In this document: in pieces, positions 21,658-31,437 of the stretch
Position numbering within the stretch: position 1 is the first letter of the stretch
Layout of the letters: every line of letters starts with the position of its first letter
DNA from: Nitrospinota bacterium
GTDB taxonomy: Bacteria > Nitrospinota > Nitrospinia > Nitrospinales > VA-1
Length of the DNA stretch: 37,341 bases
Direction: 5' to 3'
NCBI GenBank assembly: GCA_038108555.1
Contig: JAYNIA010000009.1
Span: forward strand, 33,809 to 71,149
Translations under genes and position numbers: made by a program
The notes under the pieces: generated by a model
What the model was told of the DNA's origin: nothing
The model's database searches: none
The model's input: only the letters and a program-made list of their open reading frames with translations

Positions 21658-24024
21658 TTAACCGGTTTTGGGAGAGATAACGGGTATTACAATGGGCTCA
21701 CCCACATTTAAGGAGTGGATATCTTTATCAGAGTTATAACTGCTTAGCAGCCAAAGGGGAATGGTATATAAATCATGGCAGATTTCCCACAAGGTTTCGC
21801 CCTTTTCAACATTCCTCACAGTCAATTTACTTATATCGTAGTTGTTGAAAAAGTCTTCCTGAATGGCCTTGTGGTATTCCTGTCTTCTTTCTTCAAATTT
21901 ATCCGGATCCGTTTTTTTAAAACTAACCTTAAGCTCATCGTGAACCGTGATTTTTCCTTTACCGGGAATTTTATTGATCTTTTTTAATTCCCTGACTGAT
22001 AGTAGCGCCCATTCCGCATAATGGCTGAGTGTCTCATCAAAATCTACCGTTATCGTTCCCACCTGTTGTTGGCTAGAACTGGAAAATGCCACAGGCATAA
22101 ATGCAGGTCTGTTTTTATTCAAACGCTCATTTGATTTAGAATTGACTGCCACCTTTAATGTTCCTTCAGGAACAGCACGTTCGATTTTTATTTCCTTATT
22201 TTTATTTGCAGCTTTTTCCGTTTTCTGGGAACGGTCTACAGAAAGACTGAAGTTTTTTATTTTTTGTTTTTTCTTGTCCGGTTTTTCAACGGCATTCGAA
22301 ACACGAATTTTCTGACCTGGATATAATGAGTTGGGATCCCTCATTCGATTCAAACTTGTCAGATGGATAACATCGGTATCAAATCGCTTAGCAATTTTAG
22401 ATAAGTTATCGTTTTTCTTAACCCAATAATAGTCGCTCTCCATCAATTTTCGTTTGTTTTCCATTTTGGCAAGTTGAATGGAGGGCATAGATTGTGGAAC
22501 TTTTATCCTTTGACCCGGAAAAAGTGAATTTGGATTTTTAATGTGGTTTACTTCTGCAAGATAACGAGCATCTGTTCGATATTTTTTTGCAATTTTAGAA
22601 AGATTGTCGTTTCTGCGCACACGGTAGGTGACTAAAGCACGGTCCTCAGGAGTGTAGTTTGCAAGCCGAACTGAAGGTTGCGAGCTCCTTCCTTTAGGTA
22701 ATTGAAGCACCTGCCCAATATAAATTCTGTTTCGCCGCCCAATATTATTGTAGGCTTTTAATGAACTAACACTGGTCCTAAACCTCAAAGCAATCCCTGA
22801 CAAGGTATCCCCTCTTCTAACAGTATAAAATTTAGACCGCAGTTGCCTTGAAAAAAGTACCTGTTTGGGAATCTTATTGTATCGCGATTGCAAGTTGGTA
22901 ATTTTTGATGCCGGGGCTTGAAAAACGTATCCCTTGGGTATTCTTTTCTCTCCATTGAGTACCGGCCGCCTTAAAGAGGGATTTGCCTCTGCAATTTCAT
23001 CACGCGACATTCCAAAATAATTCATGGCCGTTTTGATATGGATATAATCCGGCAATCGAATCGATACCCGCTGTAGGGGTTCTTTTATCTTTAAATTTGG
23101 AAAATATTTATTTTGATTTTTTACAACATGAAGCGCTGCCAGAAATTCAGCGTAAAAGTTCCTGGAGGCAAAACCAAAAGTTCGACTTTTATAATCTTTA
23201 ATTATTTTTACAATATCCGAACCGTGTCTTTTTTGAGCACGCTTCATACCCTGCAAACCATGATTGTATGCTGTAATAGCTAAAGGCCAGAAGTTAACAA
23301 CTTCAAAATTCTTTTTTAAAAGCTTTGCCGCCCCATGGGTAGCAAGAATGGGATCTCTTCTTTCATCGATATCGTATCCCACTCTCATAAATAGTCTTCC
23401 CGTTCCACGAGTAAATTGCCATATCCCGGCAGCACCGGCACTTGAGTAGGCCCCTATCTGAAAAGAAGATTCGACATGGGGTAACACACGTAATTCTTCA
23501 GGAAGGTTATGTTTCTTTAGGATTCGTTTAATTTCATCCATATAGAGGCCGGACCGTTCTATGCCTTCCTTAAACCTGTCCTTAAGCCCCAATTGGGTTC
23601 TAATCCTGCGTGCCTTTTTATAAAAATCTTTCTTTGCAAGTTTATAAACTCGCAGGTCTTCGCCTTTCAGGCTGGATTTATTTTTTGTTTCCGCAATTTT
23701 TCTCAGGATTTTTTTGTACTTTGACTTTACTTTGTCCAGCTTTCTTTCTTTGGCTCGGCGGGATAAGGGTTTTTCGCCCAGATAAACTACTTCATAGGTT
23801 ATCGACAGATCATTCATGTCATGGACAACCGCATGTTGGGTCGTATATTCGGAATAAATCTTTTTCCAGAAATCGACCTGGTCAGATAAACCTGGCGGAG
23901 TGGTGAAATGGTAATCGCTTAAGGTATGTGTTTCGTAAGAGAAGCTTGCATGCGCGACAGGCAAGCAAAAGGAGGTCAGAAACAATACGAAAACCAACCC
24001 TATTCTTCGAATCGTCTGGATCAA
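21658..24024 (-). CDS. MltD-like lytic murein transglycosylase with multiple LysM domains
   Basis: Signal peptide; SLT motifs VESSF, AAGIWQF, AITAYNHG; three clear LysM repeats plus degenerate ones. Confidence 0.9.
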   Translation of the reverse strand: MIQTIRRIGLVFVLFLTSFCLPVAHASFSYETHTLSDYHFTTPPGLSDQVDFWKKIYSEYTTQHAVVHDMNDLSITYEVVYLGEKPLSRRAKERKLDKVKSKYKKILRKIAETKNKSSLKGEDLRVYKLAKKDFYKKARRIRTQLGLKDRFKEGIERSGLYMDEIKRILKKHNLPEELRVLPHVESSFQIGAYSSAGAAGIWQFTRGTGRLFMRVGYDIDERRDPILATHGAAKLLKKNFEVVNFWPLAITAYNHGLQGMKRAQKRHGSDIVKIIKDYKSRTFGFASRNFYAEFLAALHVVKNQNKYFPNLKIKEPLQRVSIRLPDYIHIKTAMNYFGMSRDEIAEANPSLRRPVLNGEKRIPKGYVFQAPASKITNLQSRYNKIPKQVLFSRQLRSKFYTVRRGDTLSGIALRFRTSVSSLKAYNNIGRRNRIYIGQVLQLPKGRSSQPSVRLANYTPEDRALVTYRVRRNDNLSKIAKKYRTDARYLAEVNHIKNPNSLFPGQRIKVPQSMPSIQLAKMENKRKLMESDYYWVKKNDNLSKIAKRFDTDVIHLTSLNRMRDPNSLYPGQKIRVSNAVEKPDKKKQKIKNFSLSVDRSQKTEKAANKNKEIKIERAVPEGTLKVAVNSKSNERLNKNRPAFMPVAFSSSSQQQVGTITVDFDETLSHYAEWALLSVRELKKINKIPGKGKITVHDELKVSFKKTDPDKFEERRQEYHKAIQEDFFNNYDISKLTVRNVEKGETLWEICHDLYTIPLWLLSSYNSDKDIHSLNVGEPIVIPVISPKTG

Positions 24025-24119
24025 ATTAAAACTTTCTATTCAAAAATTACGAATAATAATTTTATGGTGTCTCCGAAAAATCAATATCCTTCCCCAAAGG
24101 GGTAACATATTGTTTTCTA

Positions 24120-24148
24120 AGGATATCAGAGGCCAACTTTCAGGTCAA
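24120..24148 (-). promoter_or_regulatory. Sigma70-type promoter for the transglycosylase
   Basis: Minus strand TTGACC, 17 bp, TATCCT with extended -10 TG. Confidence 0.45.
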
Positions 24149-24201
24149 GGTGAATTCATTTGAATTTATTGCGCTTAATCAATCCGTTTTAAAAATTACA
24201 T

Positions 24202-24492
24202 TTATGCCCTTTTTGATCCGGAATAATTTTTGTTAAGTTGATATACCCATGCCAACAGTTCTGCAACCACTTTATACAAAGATTCGGGGACTTCCTGCCC
24301 TACATCCACTTCCGATAATAGATTGAGCAGGTCTTTATCTTCACGGATCGGGATATTGTTTTCTCTCGCCATTTTGATTATTTTTTCCGCAACCCACCCC
24401 TGACCTTTTGCGGTAACTTTCGGTGCAGAACTGATCCCTTTATCGTATTTAAGAGAAAGAGCAGATTTTTTTGATGAAAGATTTTCTTCCAT
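24202..24492 (-). CDS. Stand-alone FlhB C-terminal-like (EscU/YscU/HrcU family) protein
   Basis: ALSLKY...APKVTAKGQG..AEKII..ARENNIPI...EVPESLYKVVAELLAWVY. Confidence 0.9.
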   Translation of the reverse strand: MEENLSSKKSALSLKYDKGISSAPKVTAKGQGWVAEKIIKMARENNIPIREDKDLLNLLSEVDVGQEVPESLYKVVAELLAWVYQLNKNYSGSKRA

Positions 24493-25991
24493 TATGTTTT
24501 TACACTTAAAAGAGAAGTGTTTTGACTCACAAACAGTTCAATCAAATTATCTTTAATGGGACTCACCTTTTCTTCAACAAAACATTCCACAGTTGCATTC
24601 ATTTCGTTATCCTTCATTCTGGATTCGAACTCTTCGGTATTTTCAAGGATATATTTGGCAATATTGTTTTGTTCCACATCCATTCGCACCGCTAAATTTT
24701 CAGGACCTACTTGGGCATTTATCTTCACATTCCCCAATTCTGAGAGGTCCAGAAAAAAAGCCAGATTATAGATTTCCTTTTTAGCTTTACCTCCTTCATT
24801 TCCATCTTCGGATTCTCCACGAAAAAAGAGGCTTATTGTTTTTTCATTAGGATTCAAAGGATTCGGAATTTGCAGAACCAACGGCTGATTTTCCTGTGTC
24901 GAAACGCGGGACGAAAGTTGATTCAATTCTATGCTATCCAGAGAAACTTTTATTCTCTGTTGAAATTCTGTGACCTGCCGCTTTTGATTGAGTTCGGGAG
25001 AATTCTTAATTGCCTTTTCCGTTGCTTGCTTTAAGTCCAACAATTGGCCTTTCAAGTCACGGGTCAAATCAGATTTAATGTTTTTGCTCTCTGATTCAGA
25101 AAAAAATTGTCGTACCTTTGCCTCATACCGAACACCCGATTTATCCACCTGCTCTTCAATTTCAACTTCGTTTGGAATATTCCCAGTTTTGGGAGTTAAA
25201 GCCTGGATAGTTTCTTTCAATATGCCGATAAGCTCCGGCTTTATCGATAGTTCTTTAAGCACCTGAGAACCCAGAACATCACGGTTCAGCTCTCCAACCA
25301 ACTGCACCAAAGGTCTGCGTGAAGGCAAATAGGGTTTTATCAGATCCAGGTTTACTTTTTCTGGGATTGCTGGTTGATCCAATAATACAGGCTTAAAACC
25401 ATTTTCAATTTTTTGAAATTGAATCCTTACCTTTTCCCCAACCCGGTACAAATTGGCATTCTCCGTTTTTACCTGGAATTCCTGACCCTCAAATTTCACC
25501 AGCAAGGAATTAGAATTCACAATACGATCGATTTTTACTGGAACAATTTTCTCCGGAGGAAGTTTTAGCTGACAAAAGTTGTCATGTTTGATAATTTCAG
25601 GTTTGATTTTTCGTGACAGATTTGTGGTATAGCCCTCTTCTTGGATTTTTTGCTCAGGAGCCGGAACCAGTTTCAGAACGGGTTCGGGATTAACCTTTTC
25701 CACTTGTACATTAATTTTTTGCCCCGCTTTGAAGGCAGACTCCGTTTTCACTAAACGACGGTTGTTCTGGGGTTTCACATCTAAATCGGGCAATTCAGCG
25801 ACGACCTTTTGGCCTTCAATGGAAATGGTAGCTTTGTTATTGGGAAGAATCTTTACAATTTCTCCCTGCATAAGTTTTCCCTGATGCAGTTGATTTTTCA
25901 AACCGGACAAAATTAAAGGCGAACTTTCCCCCGATAATATCTTTAAAACCTTGTTCACCAGTTTTTCCAGTGGAATAGATGGGATGGTCAA
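24492..25991 (-). CDS. Flagellar hook-length control FliK-like protein
   Basis: SGVRYEAK, DLKGQLL and C-terminal LDLSELGNVKI motif; coupled to the FlhB-C-like gene, a known pairing. Confidence 0.65.
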   Translation of the reverse strand: MTIPSIPLEKLVNKVLKILSGESSPLILSGLKNQLHQGKLMQGEIVKILPNNKATISIEGQKVVAELPDLDVKPQNNRRLVKTESAFKAGQKINVQVEKVNPEPVLKLVPAPEQKIQEEGYTTNLSRKIKPEIIKHDNFCQLKLPPEKIVPVKIDRIVNSNSLLVKFEGQEFQVKTENANLYRVGEKVRIQFQKIENGFKPVLLDQPAIPEKVNLDLIKPYLPSRRPLVQLVGELNRDVLGSQVLKELSIKPELIGILKETIQALTPKTGNIPNEVEIEEQVDKSGVRYEAKVRQFFSESESKNIKSDLTRDLKGQLLDLKQATEKAIKNSPELNQKRQVTEFQQRIKVSLDSIELNQLSSRVSTQENQPLVLQIPNPLNPNEKTISLFFRGESEDGNEGGKAKKEIYNLAFFLDLSELGNVKINAQVGPENLAVRMDVEQNNIAKYILENTEEFESRMKDNEMNATVECFVEEKVSPIKDNLIELFVSQNTSLLSVKT

Positions 25992-26074
25992 GGTGGATCC
26001 TTTCTAATGCAAAATAATTTTTCATTCAAAAATCAGGGAAAAACCTTACTAAATAAGGCTTGACTTAATTTTAC

Positions 26075-26102
26075 TTATCGGCGAATTAGCAACAGTCCAT
26101 TA
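26075..26102 (-). promoter_or_regulatory. Putative sigma28 promoter for the fliK-like/flhB-like pair
   Basis: Perfect GCCGATAA -10 box (26075-26082, minus strand), TAAT 16 bp upstream. Confidence 0.5.
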
Positions 26103-26145
26103 TGGCTGTTTCATGTAATTTTACTAAATTAAGGCAGGTAATGCT

Positions 26146-26475
26146 TCAGGCTTGGATATTAATTTTGCCCCCATGGTGGCTTTCTGGTGGGGTGCTTTCT
26201 TCAGCTTCCAGTTTTTCCTCCTCTTCCTGTTCATTGCTCTTTTTGAGGACCCGAACCCTTTTCTTTGCCCCAGTTTTTGGGTCTGTTTCTTCAATAAAAT
26301 AGGTATTGTCCAATTCCTGGACCTGGGTTCGCTTTAATTCGTCAGTCACCTCTCGTTCTTTATTTAACTGCTGGGCAGTCACATTAGGCAAAGACTGAAT
26401 TGTTTGCTGAAGTTTTTCGGTATGTGTACCCATTTGTAATACTTGCTGGGTATTGACTTGTAGGGTCGTAGGCAT
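26146..26475 (-). CDS. Hypothetical protein, 109 aa, flagellar context
   Basis: Q/E-rich ORF ending GGKINIQA, between fliL and the fliK-like gene; upstream TTGACA-16-TATATT. Confidence 0.7.
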   Translation of the reverse strand: MPTTLQVNTQQVLQMGTHTEKLQQTIQSLPNVTAQQLNKEREVTDELKRTQVQELDNTYFIEETDPKTGAKKRVRVLKKSNEQEEEEKLEAEESTPPESHHGGKINIQA

Positions 26476-26551
26476 TGGATTGGATCCAAAAGTTATGGAT
26501 TTTTTACTAATATAACCTTTTGGAATTCAATGTCAATTAAGAAGGAACAAC

Positions 26552-27178
26552 TTATTTGATCATAAAACTAGAGAAAAACACATCCGTTACTGTTCCCGTT
26601 CCGCTTAACAGCAAGGCATTTGAGGCTGTAAGTATTTCCTTTTTGATTCTCTCTTCTGTATTAGATCTTTGGAGGGTAAAATCGCTGGGTCTTTTTCTTC
26701 GTAAAATTGCGTAAATATTTTTTCGAACCAAGGGCAGGACCTTATCAAGGTCCTTATTTAATACACTATTGCTCAACAATAAATTAGCTGAAAGCGAAAT
26801 AAATCGCCCGGTTTCCTTTCCATCTTCTCGAATGGGGAGAAAAAAAGGATCCAGTTTATAAATATTAACCTTTTCAATTGCACTGGTTTCTTCATCTTCT
26901 TTAATCTCTTCTTCAGTTGCCTGTTCTTCTTCAACAGGGACGGCTTCCTCCTCAGGCGCTGCCATCATAAAATAAACACCGGCTCCTATGGCAATGAGCA
27001 AAACCAGAGCCCCGCCCCCAAAAATCATCAGAAGCTTTTTATTGGAGAGAATTTTTTGAATTTTCCCCTTTAAACCAGGAGCGGTTGCACCCTCTCCTGC
27101 TCCCGCCTCTTCCAGTAGCGCCTCTAACTCCGCTGCTTCATCTGTCGATAACTCTTCTTTACTCTCTTCTTCAGCCAT
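26552..27178 (-). CDS. fliL: Flagellar basal body-associated protein FliL
   Basis: KKLLMI + TM helix + acidic linker, YKLDPF, C-terminal VTDVFFSSFMIK. Confidence 0.8.
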   Translation of the reverse strand: MAEEESKEELSTDEAAELEALLEEAGAGEGATAPGLKGKIQKILSNKKLLMIFGGGALVLLIAIGAGVYFMMAAPEEEAVPVEEEQATEEEIKEDEETSAIEKVNIYKLDPFFLPIREDGKETGRFISLSANLLLSNSVLNKDLDKVLPLVRKNIYAILRRKRPSDFTLQRSNTEERIKKEILTASNALLLSGTGTVTDVFFSSFMIK

Positions 27179-27261
27179 AGATTCATTCCATCGAAAAACA
27201 CATTTCTTCTAGTATTTATTCGGAATTTCTTGATGGGAACTCAATACTAAGCTTTTGTTTT

Positions 27262-27891
27262 TTAACTATTTTCTCCAGAAATAGTCGATAATTCCTTATA
27301 AATATCCTTTACCTTTTGTCTCAAATGGGGTTTATCTGATGAATTTTCTATAACAAAATCGGCAAATTTGATTTTTTCACTGCTGGGCATTTGATTTCGG
27401 ATTCTGGCAATCACTTCCTCCCGGGTCCATTCACTTCGGTCTAACACCCGTTCAATTTGATTTTGTTCATCTGTATTTACGACAATGACCCGATCCATCG
27501 CTTTATAGTTTCCCGATTCGATCAATAAGGCAGCATCGACAATCACCAGGGCATTTGGATCTTTTTCACATATCCTCAAATATTCTTCTTTTTCACTTTC
27601 GAAAACTCTGGGGTGGAGGATGTTTTCCAACTCTTTTTTTTTATCAGGATTATTAAAAACAATTTCGGCTAGCTTTTTTCTGTCCAACCTTCCAGAGTCA
27701 TCAATAACTGATTCACCAAACATATCTGAAATTTCTTTTAGTGCCGGCTGTCCGGGTTCTACCAACTTGCGGCAAATTTGGTCGGCATCTAGAACCTTGG
27801 CTCCAAATTCCCGAAAATAGGAGGCAGCCAAAGTTTTGCCCGATCCCATTCCACCTGTAAGTCCCACCCTTAGTCCCAAACCGCACTCCAA
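27262..27891 (-). CDS. coaE: Dephospho-CoA kinase
   Basis: VGLTGGMGSGKT, LDAD, LDRKKLAEIVF, ILHP, LLIE, ADFVIEN. Confidence 0.95.
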   Translation of the reverse strand: MECGLGLRVGLTGGMGSGKTLAASYFREFGAKVLDADQICRKLVEPGQPALKEISDMFGESVIDDSGRLDRKKLAEIVFNNPDKKKELENILHPRVFESEKEEYLRICEKDPNALVIVDAALLIESGNYKAMDRVIVVNTDEQNQIERVLDRSEWTREEVIARIRNQMPSSEKIKFADFVIENSSDKPHLRQKVKDIYKELSTISGENS

Positions 27892-27895
27892 TCGA

Positions 27896-28759
27896 TCAAG
27901 CTAAAATAAGGTTATCCAATAGTTCGGTAAACAGCTTCATAACTTTTCGGGTAATAGGTCCCGGCTTTCCATCACCTACAGGACGACTATCAAGCTTTGA
28001 GACAGGCATCACTTTTTTCACCGTTCCCGTTAAAAAGATTTCATCTGCTTTAAACAACTCCTCCCCGGGCCATTTCCCTTCCTCCAAAGCCATACCATTC
28101 TCATTCGCCAATTGGATTATCTTGTCGCGAGTAATCCCAGAAAGAATCCCGCATTCCTTGCTGGGGGTTAATAAACGACCTTCTCTTACGAAAAACAGGT
28201 TGCTGGTGGTACTTTCAGTTAGCAAGCCCCAAGGATTCACCATAATTGCATCTTCCGCCCCCATTTTTTGGGATTCGACCCGCGCTAAAACATTATTTAG
28301 ATAATTACCCGTTTTTACAGCGGGGTTTAATGAATCACGGGAGTTCCTTTTAATAGAGACGAGCGCAACGGAAATTCCTTTTTCGTAACTTTCATCAGAA
28401 ATCTGGGGAGTGCTTTTGACAAAGATAATCACATTGGGTTTAAAACAGGAGGAAGGATCAATATCCATTTCCCCTTCTCCCCTTGTAATTATAATTCGGA
28501 TATAGGAGTCCGCATTATTGGCGTGCTTTAAAGTAGTTTGAATTTGCTCCTTAATCTCATCGGGTGTGAGAGGAATATTTAAAGAAATTCCGGCAGCAGA
28601 TGCATACAGCCTTTTCAAATGATCATCCAGGAAACACGGTTTTCCCTGATGCGTGCAAACAACTTCATAAATGCTGTCTCCAAACAAAAAACCATGATCC
28701 ATAATAGAGATGAAAGCTTCATCCTGAATTTCACCATTAATATTTATTTTTGTTGTCAT
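27896..28759 (-). CDS. Class IV PLP aminotransferase (IlvE/Dat/PabC family)
   Basis: DHGFLFGDSIYE, HLKRL, VKTGNYL, ESTTSNLF, LSGITR. Confidence 0.9.
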   Translation of the reverse strand: MTTKININGEIQDEAFISIMDHGFLFGDSIYEVVCTHQGKPCFLDDHLKRLYASAAGISLNIPLTPDEIKEQIQTTLKHANNADSYIRIIITRGEGEMDIDPSSCFKPNVIIFVKSTPQISDESYEKGISVALVSIKRNSRDSLNPAVKTGNYLNNVLARVESQKMGAEDAIMVNPWGLLTESTTSNLFFVREGRLLTPSKECGILSGITRDKIIQLANENGMALEEGKWPGEELFKADEIFLTGTVKKVMPVSKLDSRPVGDGKPGPITRKVMKLFTELLDNLILA

Positions 28760-28784
28760 AAGATTTCAGGAAAGGTTTTTCACT

Positions 28785-29489
28785 CTATTTTTTTTCTACA
28801 GATTTTAAAATATCGTTTAGTTTTTCCAGATCTTCGTTCGAAAATTCATCCAGGGGTTTGTCATCTGATTTTGAATTTTTGTTCGAATTCGGAAGATTTT
28901 TCTTTAAATTATCTATTTGATCTGCCATGTTCTTGAGGTTTTTAAGCTCCTCAAGTTTTTTCTTGGCGCTATCTACAGCGCCCCCCATATCAATACTATC
29001 CACCAGCTTCTTCCTGAAATTAAGAGCGTCAGGGTTTTTATTCACATAAGCATGAGCTTCAGCGATATAAGGGGCCGCTAGAGAGTCTTTAGTCATTTTT
29101 TCAGCCACCTTGGGTAAAAACTGCAAGGGAAACGTCAATGCAACGACAATTACCGCACCTCTTGCCAAACCCACAACTCCCCCCCCTATTCGATTCACTA
29201 CAGAAAGGGGGTTGCCTGTAAAAAGCATTCCACTGGCGACTTTTCCCATTAGGGAAATGATGATTGCCGTAATGATATAAATTGCGACAAAAGCAATAAT
29301 CTTTGCAATATTTTTGCTGGAGATACTTTCCATCAAAACCGGCGCAAAAGACCCGTGATACTTCATGGCCATCAGGAAACCACCCAGATAGGAAAGAAGA
29401 GAAAAAACCTCTTTGATGAATCCCTTAAACAGGGAAATAACCATACTCAAACCTAATATGGAACAGACGATAATATCAAAGGTAGTCAT
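28785..29489 (-). CDS. cvpA: CvpA family membrane protein
   Basis: FDII...KGFIKEVFSL, four hydrophobic segments, NRIGGGVVGLARG. Confidence 0.85.
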   Translation of the reverse strand: MTTFDIIVCSILGLSMVISLFKGFIKEVFSLLSYLGGFLMAMKYHGSFAPVLMESISSKNIAKIIAFVAIYIITAIIISLMGKVASGMLFTGNPLSVVNRIGGGVVGLARGAVIVVALTFPLQFLPKVAEKMTKDSLAAPYIAEAHAYVNKNPDALNFRKKLVDSIDMGGAVDSAKKKLEELKNLKNMADQIDNLKKNLPNSNKNSKSDDKPLDEFSNEDLEKLNDILKSVEKK

Positions 29490-30013
29490 AATAATTTTTG
29501 GATATCACTTAAAATTTTTCCGCTGTAATCCCGCAAAATCAACTTTAATGAAGAGGTATAAATATCCGGATTCATCTGGATTTCTTTTTGCAAACTATCC
29601 CAATCGAAATATTTTCCTTCACTGATTTCTTCCGGGTTTATTTTAATTGTCGCATCCGTCTTGCAGATATAAACTTGTACATGTTCCTGGTAAGTTTCCG
29701 GACAGGCTTTAATTTTAACAACAGGTTTTAAATCACAACGAATCCCCAGCTCTTCCATCAATTCCCTATGAGCACATTGGTCATAGGTTTCATCAGCATC
29801 TACATGACCGGCGGAAGAGGTATCCCACAGTCCGGGATTCTCATCTTTTAATAAAGATCTTTTCTGCAAAAATATTCGTTTTTTTGAATCAAATACCAGC
29901 ACATGGATGGAGCGATGACACAAATTCTGTTGATGAATTTCCCGACGGGTGGCTTTTCCAATGACCCGATCATTTATATCAACCACATCATAGATTTCGT
30001 TTTGATCGCTGAT
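29486..30013 (-). CDS. Nudix hydrolase, IPP isomerase-like
   Basis: HRSIHVLVF, LQKRS..K...PGLWD.S.AGHV, AHRELMEELG. Frame is open upstream of the called GTG (EIYDVVD), so the start is uncertain. Confidence 0.85.
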   Translation of the reverse strand: MSDQNEIYDVVDINDRVIGKATRREIHQQNLCHRSIHVLVFDSKKRIFLQKRSLLKDENPGLWDTSSAGHVDADETYDQCAHRELMEELGIRCDLKPVVKIKACPETYQEHVQVYICKTDATIKINPEEISEGKYFDWDSLQKEIQMNPDIYTSSLKLILRDYSGKILSDIQKLL

Positions 30014-30046
30014 TGAACCTATCCTCTTTCATAAGCAATGATTGAT

Positions 30047-31363
30047 TTAATTCCCATCAGGTCTTAAATAACTCAGTTTTCGGGGAAACTCACCTTTTTC
30101 ACAATAATTGTGTTGGGCCAGGACTTTTACATCCTCGATTGCTTGTTTCGACCCCTCGAACTCAACGGTTTTATATCCTTTATCAGCTATAGCCCCCCCT
30201 GCCTGCAAAAGGCTCATGACCGATTTTGCGTTGTATTTCTCGCCATCCACCAGCATATTAAGTTCCCCGTCATACTGACGGGCAATAAGTGAGATATAGG
30301 TCGAAGGTCTGGCATGGAAACCCAAGGGTTGAGGGATATTTACCTCGGCACGAACGTTTTCAATCAACTTCCCAAGAATAGCGAGTGCAATTTTGTCTCC
30401 CTCACGCAAATAATGTTTGCTGAAATGGAAACCGAAATTCACCACATGTCCCAGCAACTCATCTTTGTTGACCAACCTTGAAATGCTTTGTTTGCACTCT
30501 CCGTGGCGAATATCATCTTCATGCCTTTCGTAAAAGTGGCAAAGCCAAAGGACAACTTCGAGCAAGTGAAGAGGCATAGACACATACCCTCTGAAATTTC
30601 CAAGCTCTTCATATTCCTTTTCCAGAGAGGTATTTTTCACATAAGTGTCATATTCTGATTGCACACTATGGATATGTTCTTTATACATTCGAACTATTTT
30701 TTCATCTAATTTAGATGAAACCAAAGTCCTGAATGTAGTTACGTCATCAGATTTTTCTATATTTGTATCTTGAATTAACTTCGCAATTTTTCGATATTTT
30801 TGACAAAGGTCGATCACCCTCTCCCGTTCTTCTTTAACTTCATCATCAAGAATATTTTTGGGCAGCCTCTTATTGGATTCAACCTTGAAAAAATCGTCCT
30901 CAGAGCCTTTATCTAAAATACAAACCAAGCCATTTGCTTCCCCCGCGCGAATAACTTCGCCTTTTAAGTTTAAAATGGACCGGTTAATAAATTCCAGGGA
31001 CTGGTTGGCAGCTTCATGAAACTCATCATCGATTTCCTTTGATTCTTTCAATTTATAGTAAGGATAGCGATCGAGAATATGCTTTATGAAAAAAGCGGCT
31101 ATAGCCAGGTTGCGAATACAGGCAATATATTCCGAGAAAAAAGACCATGCCTTATTTTCCCGGGCCCCATGCTCATCAAGAACACTTTCCAAATACTCCG
31201 ACTCTTGCATTAAGCGAGAGTATATTTTTCTGGAAACGTCATTTTTGCCTTCAACAATTTTTTCAAAATCATTACTGACCATGAAAAAATGCTCGGAAGG
31301 TTCCTGAACTATACGAAGAAACTCATCTTCAGAAATTATTTGGATAAGGGATTTCGGTTCCAT
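30047..31363 (-). CDS. HPr-family phosphocarrier domain fused to a large N-terminal domain
   Basis: C-terminal GFHARPS and YNAKSVMSLL motifs; about 340-aa unknown N-terminal region. Confidence 0.8.
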   Translation of the reverse strand: MEPKSLIQIISEDEFLRIVQEPSEHFFMVSNDFEKIVEGKNDVSRKIYSRLMQESEYLESVLDEHGARENKAWSFFSEYIACIRNLAIAAFFIKHILDRYPYYKLKESKEIDDEFHEAANQSLEFINRSILNLKGEVIRAGEANGLVCILDKGSEDDFFKVESNKRLPKNILDDEVKEERERVIDLCQKYRKIAKLIQDTNIEKSDDVTTFRTLVSSKLDEKIVRMYKEHIHSVQSEYDTYVKNTSLEKEYEELGNFRGYVSMPLHLLEVVLWLCHFYERHEDDIRHGECKQSISRLVNKDELLGHVVNFGFHFSKHYLREGDKIALAILGKLIENVRAEVNIPQPLGFHARPSTYISLIARQYDGELNMLVDGEKYNAKSVMSLLQAGGAIADKGYKTVEFEGSKQAIEDVKVLAQHNYCEKGEFPRKLSYLRPDGN

Positions 31364-31437
31364 ATTTTCTGCTCAACCTAGGTATGAAAACACTTCAATA
31401 CTAATTACAACCTTAACATAATAACAACTAAAGGTTG

